NCBI GenBank assembly: GCA_964016885.1
Contig: OZ024742.1
Span: 177,506,001 to 177,570,000 of the forward strand
DNA: 64,000 bases
From: Eledone cirrhosa
Taxonomy: Eukaryota
Direction: 5' to 3'
Part shown: positions 1-13,216 of the stretch, in pieces
Position numbering within the stretch: the stretch's first letter is position 1
Layout: every line of letters begins with the position of its first letter
Translations under genes and position numbers: made by a program
The notes under the pieces: generated by a model
What the model was told of the DNA's origin: nothing
Seen by the model: the letters and a program-made list of their open reading frames with translations, nothing else
Database searches by the model: none

Positions 1-1242
1 TATGACGGCCTTTTATTTATATATTTTACTTTTATTAATGTATTTTTATTAATGTATTTTTATCTTTGTATTTTTATCTTTGTATCCTGCTTTTATTTAT
101 TCGTGCTTTTCTGCTTATTATTCCTTAATCAGGTCTTACTCTCATTATGCACATACCATAGCTCCCTACCCACCAAAGAACCACACTACTTATAACCCGG
201 ACTAACTGGGACTTATGGGACTTAGATATAGTCTATTGGCGCATTTCATTGGGTTTTACCACTTTCGACTGATGTGGTGGCTTTTCCAGCTGCGCGCCGG
301 GCGCTCGGGAAGTTCAGCTTTCCTTGAGTGCTTGGAAAAATAAATTTCTTCTCTTTCGGTAAACGGAATTACTCGGAGCAGATTGCTTCGCACCGGGGCT
401 TGCCGCGCCGCCTGTTTTGACCGCCATATTATACCTATAAACTCTAGACTTAAGCATAACTGTTAGCTGTATAATGCCTCCCTCTACTGCCACGGAAATA
501 AACCCCTCCTGTGTGAATTAATAGTATTCGTTTGGTATTCATTTGGTATAGACGATGGCCTGCCGAAGGTGGTAGACTTCCCGCTAACACATCCGCAGCC
601 TAAGGCAGTTACGTTCCTAGAGTACTCGGAAAATTTAATTTCCACCTCTTTCGCCAGACGATACCACTTGAGACTGGCTGGCACGTGGTTACGAGGTGCT
701 GGCTGGGGTTTACAATCGAAGGCTTTCATCTTTACTCTATAAGCCACCATGATAACTTATCGAGATTCCCTATAATACACTTAAACTTTTTCAAATAAGA
801 CTTCCTCTGTAATTTCATTAAATAAACCTCGCAAACCAAACCTTTAATTTTTTAATAATTTTTTTAATTTTTTAATGTTTAATTTAATTTCACGTTCCAA
901 TTTTTTGTTCACACATTACACCATACAGACACCTATTATATATGCCCCTGTTAAAATATGGGTTCTTTGGAATAACATTTTTCGCGGCGATTTCTAGTCT
1001 GACTGTAGTGTGACCATTACGCTGACTTTTCTTCTTTCTTTATTTCTTCTTTTTTTATTCTCTGACGGAGAGGAGGTAGTACATTATAAGCCTTCACCCC
1101 CTCACCAGATGGTCATTAGTAGACCGAGTTGCCATCAATTGAGGGCGACTGACCGAGGTGAAAGCAGCTAGTTGGTCAGTCGTCCTCTTTGTCTTTGATT
1201 TTCGGGCCCATGGACTTTATCTTTTATATTCCTTTGTTATAT

Positions 1243-1310
1243 TTCGAATACCTGATGATATCACTGGATTCATACGGAACCCGGTCATTGAAATGATCAT
1301 GCTATAATAA
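1243..1310 (+). ncRNA. Degenerate hammerhead-like motif near the end of a (TA)n-flanked repeat (probable PLE pLTR)
   Basis: CTGATGA (1252-1258), imperfect stem, GAAA (1290-1293), palindromic ATGATCAT helix III. Position 17 is G and helix I is weak, so it is probably inactive. (TA)n follows at ~1362. Confidence 0.4.
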
Positions 1311-1355
1311 ACCTTTCAAGGATTTACACCAGTCCAGCCTCCCGTTATTTTATTT

Positions 1356-1452
<97 letters not shown>

Positions 1453-1741
1453 CAAATAACGAAACGAAATTAAATTTCGTTTCGTTTGTAACTCACTTTT
1501 GTATGACTGACGCTTAAACAATTAAGTTAAAGATGTACATCTACATATGCATACTGAAATACTAGTGTGCATATGAATACACACACGTATACATATGTAG
1601 ATGTAACAAGTCTTTCACTGGTTACTTTACTGTGAGTAACCCAGCTATTCTGTATGTAAACACACAGACAAACCGGTTTTTAGAGTCATACTGGTTTTCG
1701 AGGAAACACCTTTCCTCTATTCTCCAGAAAGCCAGACAAGG

Positions 1742-1786
1742 AATATTGAACTAGTTTCGTTGTTGTTACAACTCATCAGCAATATT
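1742..1786 (-). ncRNA. Type I hammerhead ribozyme (family A)
   Basis: Reverse complement of the 2351-2395 motif, with intact core. Confidence 0.85.
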
Positions 1787-2257
1787 TACCTATCTACCGG
1801 CCTTTCTGGAGAATCGTAAAAGCACATATCGTTATATGCTTTTTCTATGAAAATTAGTAGTGGGCAGACTAATTTGCATAGAGTGTGAGTACGCACCGGT
1901 TCAGCGGAGATGATAAAAACAAATAACGAAACGAAATTAAATTTCGTTTCGTTTGTAACTCACTTTTGTATGACTGACGCTTAAACAATTAAGTTAAAGA
2001 TGTACATCTACATATGCATACTGAAATACTAGTGTGCATATGAATACACACACGTATACATATGTAGATGTAACAAGTCTTTCACTGGTTACTTTACTGT
2101 GAGTAACCCAGCTATTCTGTATGTAAACACACAGACAAACCGGTTTTTAGAGTCATACTGGTTTTCGAGGAAACACCTTTCCTCTATTCTCCAGAAAGCC
2201 AGACAAGGAATATTGAACTAGTTATCGTCTCCTTGAACCGGTGCGTACTCACACTCT

Positions 2258-2265
2258 ATGCAAAT
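2258..2265 (+). promoter_or_regulatory. Octamer motif ATGCAAAT in family A monomer
   Basis: Exact octamer 100 nt upstream of the HHR core. Also present at 1872-1879(-), 15694-15701(+), 32694-32701(-) and 33270-33277(+) in diverged copies. Function is inferred. Confidence 0.5.
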
Positions 2266-2350
2266 TAGTCTGCCCACTACTAATTTTCATAGAAAAAGCA
2301 TATAACGATATGTGCTTTTACGATTCTCCAGAAAGGCCGGTAGATAGGTA

Positions 2351-2395
2351 AATATTGCTGATGAGTTGTAACAACAACGAAACTAGTTCAATATT
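2351..2395 (+). ncRNA. Type I hammerhead ribozyme (family A)
   Basis: aatattg CTGATGA gttg-taacaa-caac GAAA ctag TT caatatt: 7-bp helix I, 4-bp helix II, palindromic ACTAGT helix III. Helix I extends with bulges over ~2323-2418. Confidence 0.88.
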
Positions 2396-2844
2396 CCTTG
2401 TCTGGCTTTCTGGAGAATAGAGGAAAGGTGTTTCCTCGAAAACCAGTATGACTCTAAAAACCGGTTTGCCTGTGTGTTTACATACAGAATAGCTGGGTTA
2501 CTCACAGTAAAGTAACCAGTGAAAGACTTGTTACATCTACATATGTATACGTGTGTGTATTCATATGCACACTAGTATTTCAGTATGTATATGTAGATGT
2601 ACATCTTTAACTTAATTGTTTATATATATATATATATACATATACAGCTTAGTACAAAGTTGGTATAGATAACCAAGGGTTTAGAGCACTCGGTCAGTGA
2701 GTCGAGTTATGTATAGTCTATTATAACAATGGCATTACGCAGATATCTAATTTCGTTGGTTTTGACACCGACGGATTAAGTCTGCCTTCAAAATAGGGCA
2801 TACTGAATGAGTTGTTGTTTAATAATATTTGTCCTTAGCATAAA

Positions 2845-4760
<1,916 letters not shown>

Positions 4761-5339
4761 CATTTCAAATAGGAGGTAGATAATTAAATTTATTACCGAC
4801 CACGTGTATACAATAATGAAAGTATATCTATTTAAGAAAAAAGAAAGGATTAAGATAATTAACAGGAAAAAAGGAAAATAAGAATACAAAAGCGAGAAAG
4901 AAGGAAAAAATTACATGATGAATAAAAATATAAGAGAATGGAGAGTGTAATGTCTTCACCCTTGACTGGGCGGCATATCATAGCTGAAGATAAATTGGTT
5001 TTCATGTTTTTATATCTTACAGTTCCTAAAATTTCTACGGAAGTCAGTAAAATATTCTGTTCATTCAACTGCAATGATTCTAGGCGTGAAAGGATGCTCC
5101 TCTGGAGATCATTTCCAGAGAAAATGCAATCCATAAAAGACTTCGATGAGTGCCTTTCTCTGTGATCCGGAATAGTTATCTTGGGAAGAAACATGCTACC
5201 AGTAGCCAAGATCTGAAGAACCTGTTGTAAATGCATGAAAACATTCCTCTTTTTAAAGATCTACCTATCGTCACGCATCAGAACATCTGTACATCGTAGT
5301 TGTTTTCTTTGTCATTGACATTATTATCATTATTATTGT

Positions 5340-5386
<47 letters not shown>

Positions 5387-5784
5387 AGAAGTCTTAGTTG
5401 TATTGCCTGTTGTAGCTACATTACAGAGCACAGCTCTATGGGGCTTGGGTATGTATACTGTTGTTTTGGGTGTTATTTCTACTATGTTCTTCCTAATATT
5501 TATGCAGTGCCTAGTAGAGCTATTTTCTGTATGCTGATATATATGTAAGTGCTGGAGGAAGGGGTTATGTATGCGTGTGTTTTTATGCATGTATGGGTGT
5601 GTTCATGTATATGTGTAAGTGGTAGGATTGTTTTATCATTCCAAAAGCAACTATTTTGTTAATTATTATAGAGAATGTTTCTGTTTCCATCCTCGACATT
5701 CAGTTTATTTCTATCACCAGATCTTTATATTTACATAATTTCTCAATTGCGTTGACACTGCAAGAGTGATTGCTTCGCTTGCTA

Positions 5785-6264
5785 CTACTCTCTCTTGGTT
5801 GTTCATCGTGAACGATGATGACATCTTCTTTAATTTAGTTCCCGTCTGCCGTGGGCACACGCTAAAGAAGAAGCCTGTGGTGGAAAGGTTTGTAGTGGGA
5901 GGGCCAGTGCACAGTGACGGTCCCACTCACTCGGCCGCAGAAGCCAGAATCCGGTGGTACAGAGGACCGTCACGGCCAGGGACTTCCTTGGCTGCAGTGG
6001 ATGGCCACGACGTTTGTAGTGCCTTGCCGTGCCCTAGCGCTCCACACCGTTTGCTGTCGCCGCCTTCGTGATCGTTGGGACGATGTTGTCCTCCTCCACT
6101 CACTCCACCGGGTCAAGTATTCGCATGCAGGGGTAGGCATCCCCTATCTAACTCACCGGAGGGGTTTCAGACCCGTCCGGATACCCTCAACCTGGTTCGG
6201 CCCGCCAGCCAAGGCGGTTTACCAGGGTGTGGCCGCAGTCGCATGCTACAGCTTCTTGGGACCA
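5785..6264 (-). mobile_element. Short RTE-derived non-autonomous element (GC-rich 5' UTR-like part + RTE-type 3' stem-loop)
   Basis: Minus strand ends ...gatgtcatcatcgttcacgatgaacaaccaagagag, resembling RTE 3' termini. GC-rich hairpin-forming 5' part; 5' end abuts (TAG)n. Confidence 0.5.
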
Positions 6265-6319
6265 CTACTACTATTACTACAACTACTACTCGAAATGTTC
6301 TCATTGTTATTATTGTTAC

Positions 6320-6552
6320 TAAGGGCAGTAGATTTGCAGTGTAGGTAGAGCGTCAGACACCATGCTTTGCAGCATAGAGTTATGGCCTTTTACATTCTGA
6401 GTTCAATTTTCACCGAGGTTAACATTGACTTTCATCCTTACGGGGTCAATAAAATAAAGTACTAGTAATGTACTGGAGTCGATTTAATCGACTTTTCCCT
6501 CCCCCCCCTCCCCAAATTGTTGACCGTGTGCCTACATCAGAAACCATCGTTA
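6320..6552 (+). mobile_element. tRNA-derived SINE with Nin/Deu-like central domain
   Basis: B-box-like gagttcaatt followed by ctttcatccttacggggtcaataaaataaagtac and a tail gtgcc...agaaac; homologous to copies at 8 kb, 39 kb and 61-62 kb. Confidence 0.75.
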
Positions 6553-7439
6553 TTATTGTTACTGTTATTGTTGATGTTCTTATTATCTGTGTTGTTTAGT
6601 CAGTCAAGACGTATGTGAATACTCGGTAAATGTTGTTAATTTTCATGTTTACATTATATTCATTGTTATATTTTGTATAGGGCGCCACACATTTCCCCGT
6701 GTTAAGGGTAGCCCTTAATATTCTGGCTTCGGCCAAATATTTGAACTATATTTTATTTATTTATTTTTTTTACAAACAATTTTTCTTCTGAAAATATGGA
6801 CGGAATACAAACCCTCTCGTAAAGCCAGCTATCACATGACAACCACTGAAGAGTTGAAAAGAGTGAAACTCACCCCGACAACCCACCCCTTCCGCAGCAT
6901 TATGAAAACTAACAGCAACAGCAACAGCAACAACGAATATAACACAAACAATAGCAGAAACAACAATAGCAACATCAACAACAGCAGCAAAAATAAAAGG
7001 AAAAGAGACACCAGCAAAACAAATGACACCACCAACAGGAACAACAACATCACCAAAAAGAACACATTCGCAACCCCCGCTGCAAAATGAATATTTCAAG
7101 TTGACATTCCGAACAAAAAAAAAACTTTTGGCCCAGGCATGGAAACCTATTAAAAGAGAAGAAATGGGCCGCCGAAATTGTGGCAGCAACCCAAAGGAGA
7201 ACTCTCGTTCACAGAATCATTTTGTTGCAAATAAGAAAAGCGGAACTACCCCCCACCCCTCCCCACAAGCACAAGTGTAGGCAGCACTGAAATGCATTAG
7301 ACAAGATATCGTACATGTAGCAAGAGGCAGACCCCAGGGCAACATATAAGATTAAAGCAATAATGATATTCACCATAACAGACTACTGTTATATGGATTG
7401 GCAAACAAAGTATTATTAGTGTTCGTTCTATATATCTTT

Positions 7440-8012
7440 CTTATTAAAATCGAGTTACCGGCCGAGTCCATCGTGAATATCACCCCCAACACCTTGCTTT
7501 GGACGGCAAGGACGGGCAGTATTCCTCTGCCTGCTGGATGTAGTGAAAGAGGTATGTGTGGCGGAGGAGGCAGACACTTTTCTCTTCGACCAATCACTCA
7601 TCAAATTTTTCTAGTTTCATTTGGAAAGGAGGGTGGGGCTTGAGGGAGAAGTGCTGTGACCCTTACATACACACATCCCATCAGTACAATTGCTAAAAGG
7701 TGGGTAAATGTGTCGAGGTTAGCCTTCGTGAATGGTTATACTCTGAGCTTACGCCTGTAGGCTGGCTCATTAGGATAGGAGAGGGGCTGCTTCCTCGGGT
7801 GCCCTTTGAGCATCGGGTGATTCAGGATTGGTGGGATCCGCGTTGCTCCTGAGTAGTCTTCCCCCTATTGTGGTATTTGTATTGTTATAATTTTCATTGT
7901 TTATTTTTGTTTTTTTTTATATTGATTACTTAATTCTTCTATGAGGCCCACACTGTCCCTGTCTATTGTATTGACCCCTATGTGTAGGCCCCTGTGGCCA
8001 ATAAAGAAATTC
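7440..8012. mobile_element. Possible L1/Tx1-like LINE remnant
   Basis: Plus-strand end ggcccctgtggccaataaagaaat with poly(A) signal and a short peptide KRWVNVSRLAFVNG. Minus-strand KVLGVIF resembles an RT primer-grip motif. Fragmentary. Confidence 0.3.
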
Positions 8013-8049
8013 TTATGTATTTATTTATTTATCTATTTATTTATCTATT

Positions 8050-8790
8050 TGTGGTTGTGGATTTGGTGTATCGGTAGAGAGCCAGACAACATGCTTTGCG
8101 GCATATAGTTACGTCCCTTTACGTTGTGAATACAAATCTTGTGGGGGTGAGCTTTAACTTTCAGCATTACGTTGTCGATAAAATAAAACACCAGTAACGC
8201 ACTAGGGTCGATTTAATCGCTTTTCCCTCGCTTCCCTATAAATTGCTGACCTTGTGCCAAAAGAAGAAACAACCTCGAAATGATGAAAGGCAAAGTTGCC
8301 ATCATTGGGATTTGAAATGTTCTCTTTACGTTCTCAGTTCAAATCCCACCGAGGTTAGATTTGCCTTTTCTCGGTCGATAAAATAAAAAATCAGTAACGC
8401 ACTGGGGTCGAATTAATTAACTTTCCCCTTTCTCTTCAAATTGCTGGCCTTGTGCTTAATGTAGAATCAATAATTAATTTAATAATTGTTTCTACTTTTG
8501 GCTCAAGGACAGCAATTATCCCAATGCATTACTGGTACTTTATTTTATCGACCCTCTGAGGGATTTGCACTCAGATCGTAAATGGGGCGTAACTCTATAC
8601 ATGAAAGCATGGTATCAGACCTTTTACTGATACTGCTAGGCCACTAATTTAATAATGGATTTAATAATGGATGTGTATTGCCAGTATCATTAGCTCGTTG
8701 GACAAAATACTTTGCAGCATTTATCGACGGCTCCTTAAGTTCTGAATGTAAATCCAGCTAATGCTAACTTTGCTTTTAATGGGGTCGTTG
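8050..8790. mobile_element. Cluster of 4-5 Nin-type SINE copies/fragments in both orientations
   Basis: Repeated gtcgataaaataaa..cagtaacgcact.gggtcga (8175, 8374) and its reverse complement ttactggtactttattttatcgaccc (8529). Confidence 0.75.
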
Positions 8791-9789
8791 GAGGTGGTGG
8801 TTGTGGGTGGAGTTATGGTGGTGGTTGTGGGTGGAGTTATGGTGTTGGTTGTATTGGTTGTGGTGGGGTAATGATGTTGGTGTTTGTTGTAGTTGTTACG
8901 TTAATATGATCAAAACATTTTAAATGAAAAAATTACGTTATTTCATTCTACACATCATGTTATTTTGTTTTGAGTATATATGGCTATGTATATGTTCACG
9001 TGTGCGTCCATGTGTTTCTGTGAATGCGTGTGTCTATGTATGTATGTTTGTGTTCATGTGTGTGTACATGTGTGCATGTGCTAGTCTATGCACATGTTTA
9101 AGTGCATATATCCGTGTTCGTGTCCGTGTGCATGTATGTGGGTTTATTTATGTGATTATCTGTATGTACATCTGCGTGCAAGTGTGGATGCATGTGTGTG
9201 AATGTGCTTGTGTGTACATGTGCTTGTGTGCATGTATGTACCGAGTTTGTACATCTGTTTGCATCTATGTGTGATTGTGTACTGGAGACAGTCTAACGAA
9301 ATTATGTTTGCGAATATATTCTCAGCTTGCGAAATGCCATTTTTGCGTGATTCCAATGTTCTGTAATCTATTTCTCTTTTCCATTAGCTGGTGAGCTCTT
9401 GTGACTATAGAAGACCAATGCCGTGTCAAAGCTGTCTCTATATGTAAATGTTTGGCTTAGCTAATAATTCAGTTTATCTGATTGATATGGTTATGCCCCT
9501 AAGACATCAAATATCAATCGTAAAAATATTTTGCGTTTATACAGAGTATATAATTTATCTATCGGCCTAATTTCCAAAGATTTGCCGCTTTGTGGTTTTC
9601 ACAGCAATGTCATTCTATCTTTATTTGTAACTTTCTCAGGATAATGCTCATATCAAATATATATGGTCTTTATGCTGTCGTAACTGAAAATTTACCTACC
9701 TAAGCATTTCAATATTTGCTGTACATAGTTTGCTGTTGTTATTGCTGCTACACTATCGCTTTTAAAGAGAAAAGTTCCAGGTCATCAAT

Positions 9790-10090
9790 CAGACGGGTAG
9801 ACTGCTCTTGAATCTAACGGGTAAGGTACTATGCATTTAACGGACAAGTCAAACGGGTAAGTGACTATGCATTCAACAGACATGTTTATCCGTGGCTTAG
9901 TTCTCAGAGATATTGAGCATAATTCAATGTGTGTCAAGAGTGTTCCTTTGACTAATAGGTATAAATACCATCTAGGTAGATTGGTGCAACGCGAAATAAC
10001 GTATTTTGTTCAAAGTCAAATCGCGCACACAAGAATTGAACTTAAAAACTCCCGATCTTGAGACGAATACACTAATTACTAAGCAACGCT
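9790..10090 (-). mobile_element. Second tRNA-derived SINE family (degenerate); relatives at ~14110-14230, ~17850-17962, ~60740-60960
   Basis: Shared gcaacg.gaaataa..t.t.ttg.t.aagga core and plus-strand end ctaaccactaagc (reverse of an A-box region). Confidence 0.55.
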
Positions 10091-11793
10091 CGTTCCTCGT
10101 TTGAAGCTATTTTACAAATAATTCGCTTTAATCGTCTTGAATATCCAGAAATCTTGTGGAAATTAGATATGTGTGAACATAAAACAATAGACACAATGTT
10201 TGTACAAGACCTTCACGTATATTCAACTCTAATACTTACCTAACACATTCGTAATTAGGTTTGTAAACAAATGTATATATATTTTAAGCCTATGTTAATA
10301 TGTGTAATTTTATTCTTTTTGTTTGCTAAATGATTTACGAATTAAATTGAGAGCAATATCTATGAAATTAGCGATGATTTTTAAGACGATATTATTGAAA
10401 CTGTTAATAAATCTTTTTTTAGTAATGTACCTAATGCATGCACTTTAGCACATAAGAACATAGCCAGTCCGTCCTATCTATAGAAACCAAAATCTATATT
10501 AGTAAATGTCTTAATAAATGCCTCTATGCTGTATCATCACGTAAGGTTTCATATCTCATAGCCTATCAATAGCTGCCAGGATCTATATTATTTCATATAT
10601 TATTTTATATATTTTGTACATTATTTTATATTTTAGTGAATGACCAGCCGTGGGAATTACAGATAAAAGGATAAAAATGAACGTTCCGTCTTGGTGCCAC
10701 TGTAAAAAACGCAGCGTATTACTAAAAGGAAATATTTCCCTACAAATAGTATCTAGCAATAGCCATAGAAATACTACAAAGCTAAATCCTATATGAATGT
10801 ACAGGCCAAATGATAGCTGACTGTCTACAACGCTTGCTGAGGTTAAACTATATAAATAATTCTGAATTTCTATATAACGATAACATCACGAATTTCTAAG
10901 ACATAATGAACAAGGGGTTCTAATTCTATATATAACATCGAGGAACTGTTAATCCATGACTACAACAACGTGGTGTGATTTATTTGTAGATATTTAGTTT
11001 ATGCAGAAATGAGCTTTCAATATTCCAAAACTTTCAACAGGTCTGTAATCATTATCAAGCATTTGTAAATAAATGTAAACCCGAAACACTGCAAAATTTG
11101 GAAATATTTCACAAATGTAATTCTACCCAGCAAATGGGATTAAATTTGACAGTTTAAATTAGTGTTCTAGTAAATTCACTTATATTCTTTTACAAGTTTC
11201 AATCATTGAACCGGGGCCACGTAAGGACATCACCCTCAAAGGTAGAGTCCATTACACTCATATCTGTGGTTATTTTATCAGTACTTAATTTAACTAGATC
11301 TAACGATGAAAATACCAAGTGATGCTGGACGACATTTTTAACATAGAACTTAAGTGAGGTTATGAAATTCAACAAGAAGTTTTGCCCGCCGCTCTGCCGT
11401 TTTATTTTGCATCCACAGAAATAATTCATTGTTTGATTGTAGGGGGCTAGAATCTGGATATTTAATAATGTTCGATATTAGAATGGAATTTGATCAGCGA
11501 ACTCAGCTTTGATCTTCACTACAGTAATATAGAAAATATTAGTGGATTTAAAATAGATTTTGAAAACATAATCAACTAACGTTTTAGGAGAAACTGTTTT
11601 TATCTTCCATTAAACATATTGTTTTCTGCTTTTACTGGGGAATCTCATTTGATTTATTCCATCGTATCAGCCACAAAACGTAAACAGACAGGGACCCCCC
11701 CCCCAAAAAAAAAATCCAAACCCATATAAATATAGATATATAAATATATATATATATAGTAAGAATATTTTCGAAACACCGAGTTGATTTGAA

Positions 11794-12094
11794 ATTATTA
11801 GAAATGTTAGCTATCGCCGTATTTTGACTAAAGCAATTAAGGAAATTATTTAGCCTGATAGTGGGGTTAAGAACCCTCGGAGAAATGGAAAAAGATGAGT
11901 ATTGACGTACATGGGAGTCGAACCCACATCTTTCGTTATACGGACCACTGTGCTACCATTTACACCAACACATCACCCATGTAATGTGTTGGTGTAAATG
12001 GTAGCACAGTGGTCCGTATAACCCCACTATCAGGCTAAATAATTTCCTTAATTGCTTTAGTCAAAATACGGCGATAGCTAACATTTCTAATAAT
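11794..12094. repeat. (TA)-flanked nested fold-back containing a tRNA-like sequence
   Basis: 11794-11870 is the reverse complement of 12019-12094; 11935-11973 is the reverse complement of 11984-12022. Confidence 0.85.
11903..11974 (-). pseudogene. tRNA-like sequence (pseudo-tRNA / SINE head)
   Basis: GATGTGT-TG-GTGT AAATGGTA GCAC ... GTGGG TTCGACT CCCAT-GTACGTC. A and B boxes and the acceptor, D and T stems pair, but the anticodon stem does not. Confidence 0.6.
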
Positions 12095-12229
12095 ATATAT
12101 ATATGTACATACACACGCACACTCACGCACAAACACACGTACATATCTACGCACACCCACACGTACACACCCACACACACGCATGCACACACACGCATAT
12201 ATATATATATGTGTGTGTTTAGTAGAAAG

Positions 12230-13027
12230 ACCAGGTACCTCCAAAAAACACTTATTAGTAATACATACCCTTTTCAAAGAGCTCCCTGTATAGATGAGTA
12301 ATGCATAATGTGTAAACTAAGCCCCATATTAACTGCAAAACTAGAAACATAGTATATAGCATAAGATGTACTGAAGGACAATATAAAGATAAGAATATAG
12401 TGTACATAGGTGAGACAGCTCGTAGTATAGAAGAACGCTGCAAGATAGAAAAGAATCATCAGTACTCCACCAACATGCTAAAATAGAACATAAGGGCAAA
12501 TTAGAGAACATAGAAATAAAAATAAAATCTACACATTGAAAAGACGCAATGTTTAGACAAATCACAGAGGTAATAAACATAAATGAACTCCAACCAGAAT
12601 TAAATAGAAAACATGAATGGAATAGGAACATCACAACTTACAATTAAGGACAAAATGAAAACACACGCATAGAACAAACAACCAACTAGTAACATGTAGA
12701 TAAACAAATAAATAAACAAATAAAAACACACACAGACACCCAGATGTAACACAGCGCAAACTAAGCACACAACACACACAAAAACAAGATGGCGTAGGAC
12801 AGAACAAAGGAGAGGCACAACACAAAACAAAGAAAAGAATCCCCAGCCACTGAAGAGGTCACAGAATGTGTGACGAAAGAACTTTGACAATATATGAACA
12901 ACCGTCCGGTTGTGGAACACCAACCAGCCGAGAATTTTTAAATTTATAATTTAATTTATAATAAATTGGAGTGAAAGCAACTGGTGCGTGTGTTTCATGG
13001 CAACATGACTCTCCCAAAGTATAACAA
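12230..13027 (+). mobile_element. 5'-truncated PLE remnant: GIY-YIG endonuclease + 3' pLTR
   Basis: Hand translation from ~12352: VYSIRC...IVYIGETARSIEER, then after a frameshift VLHQHAKIEH...AMFRQITEVININELQPELNRKHEWN (with a stop). HHR remnant at 12845-12889; ends in (TA)n. Confidence 0.8.
12845..12889 (+). ncRNA. Degenerate hammerhead ribozyme
   Basis: agcca CTGAAGA g gtcaca-gaatg-tgtgac GAAA gaac TT tgaca; helix I is partly broken. Confidence 0.5.
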
Positions 13028-13029
13028 TA

Positions 13030-13065
<36 letters not shown>

Positions 13066-13216
13066 ACGAAGGAAGTGAGGTGAGGAACCAGATGGACCAT
13101 AACGCACCAGAGTACTCAATACTTAGGGTAGTAGAGTGGCTAATAGGAAAATGTTTGACCCCGACGGCAGAGCTCAAGCCGTTTCGACGGCTTGAGCTCT
13201 GTCAAATATTTTCCTA
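13066..13216. mobile_element. Family B (TA)n-flanked fragment with terminal fold-back; relatives at 17050-17110, 30812-30850, 34475-34570, 52988-53171
   Basis: Shared gaccccgacggc.gagctc..gccgtttcgac motif; 13090-13150 is the reverse complement of 53093-53152. Confidence 0.7.

Larger units (their letters stand above)
1448..2621. mobile_element. Non-coding HHR-bearing retrozyme-like element, family A: 468-bp monomer + partial direct copy + inverted copy
   Basis: 1448-1915 is repeated directly from 1916 to ~2222. ~2221-2621 is the reverse complement of ~1515-1914. (TA)n on both sides; no ORF. Confidence 0.85.

Noticed and set aside
484-750. 88-aa minus-strand ORF in a GC-richer segment
   Set aside because: No recognisable motif; probably part of the repeat ending at ~1361.
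4859-5250. 125-aa minus-strand ORF with a possible GTAAGA donor
   Set aside because: The acceptor lacks a polypyrimidine tract and there is no domain similarity; cannot be supported without RNA-seq or BLAST.
11199-11460. Exon-like ORFs (also 17616-17861, 30275-30370, 63706-63912)
   Set aside because: Short, no recognisable domain, and they cannot be joined into a consistent gene model.
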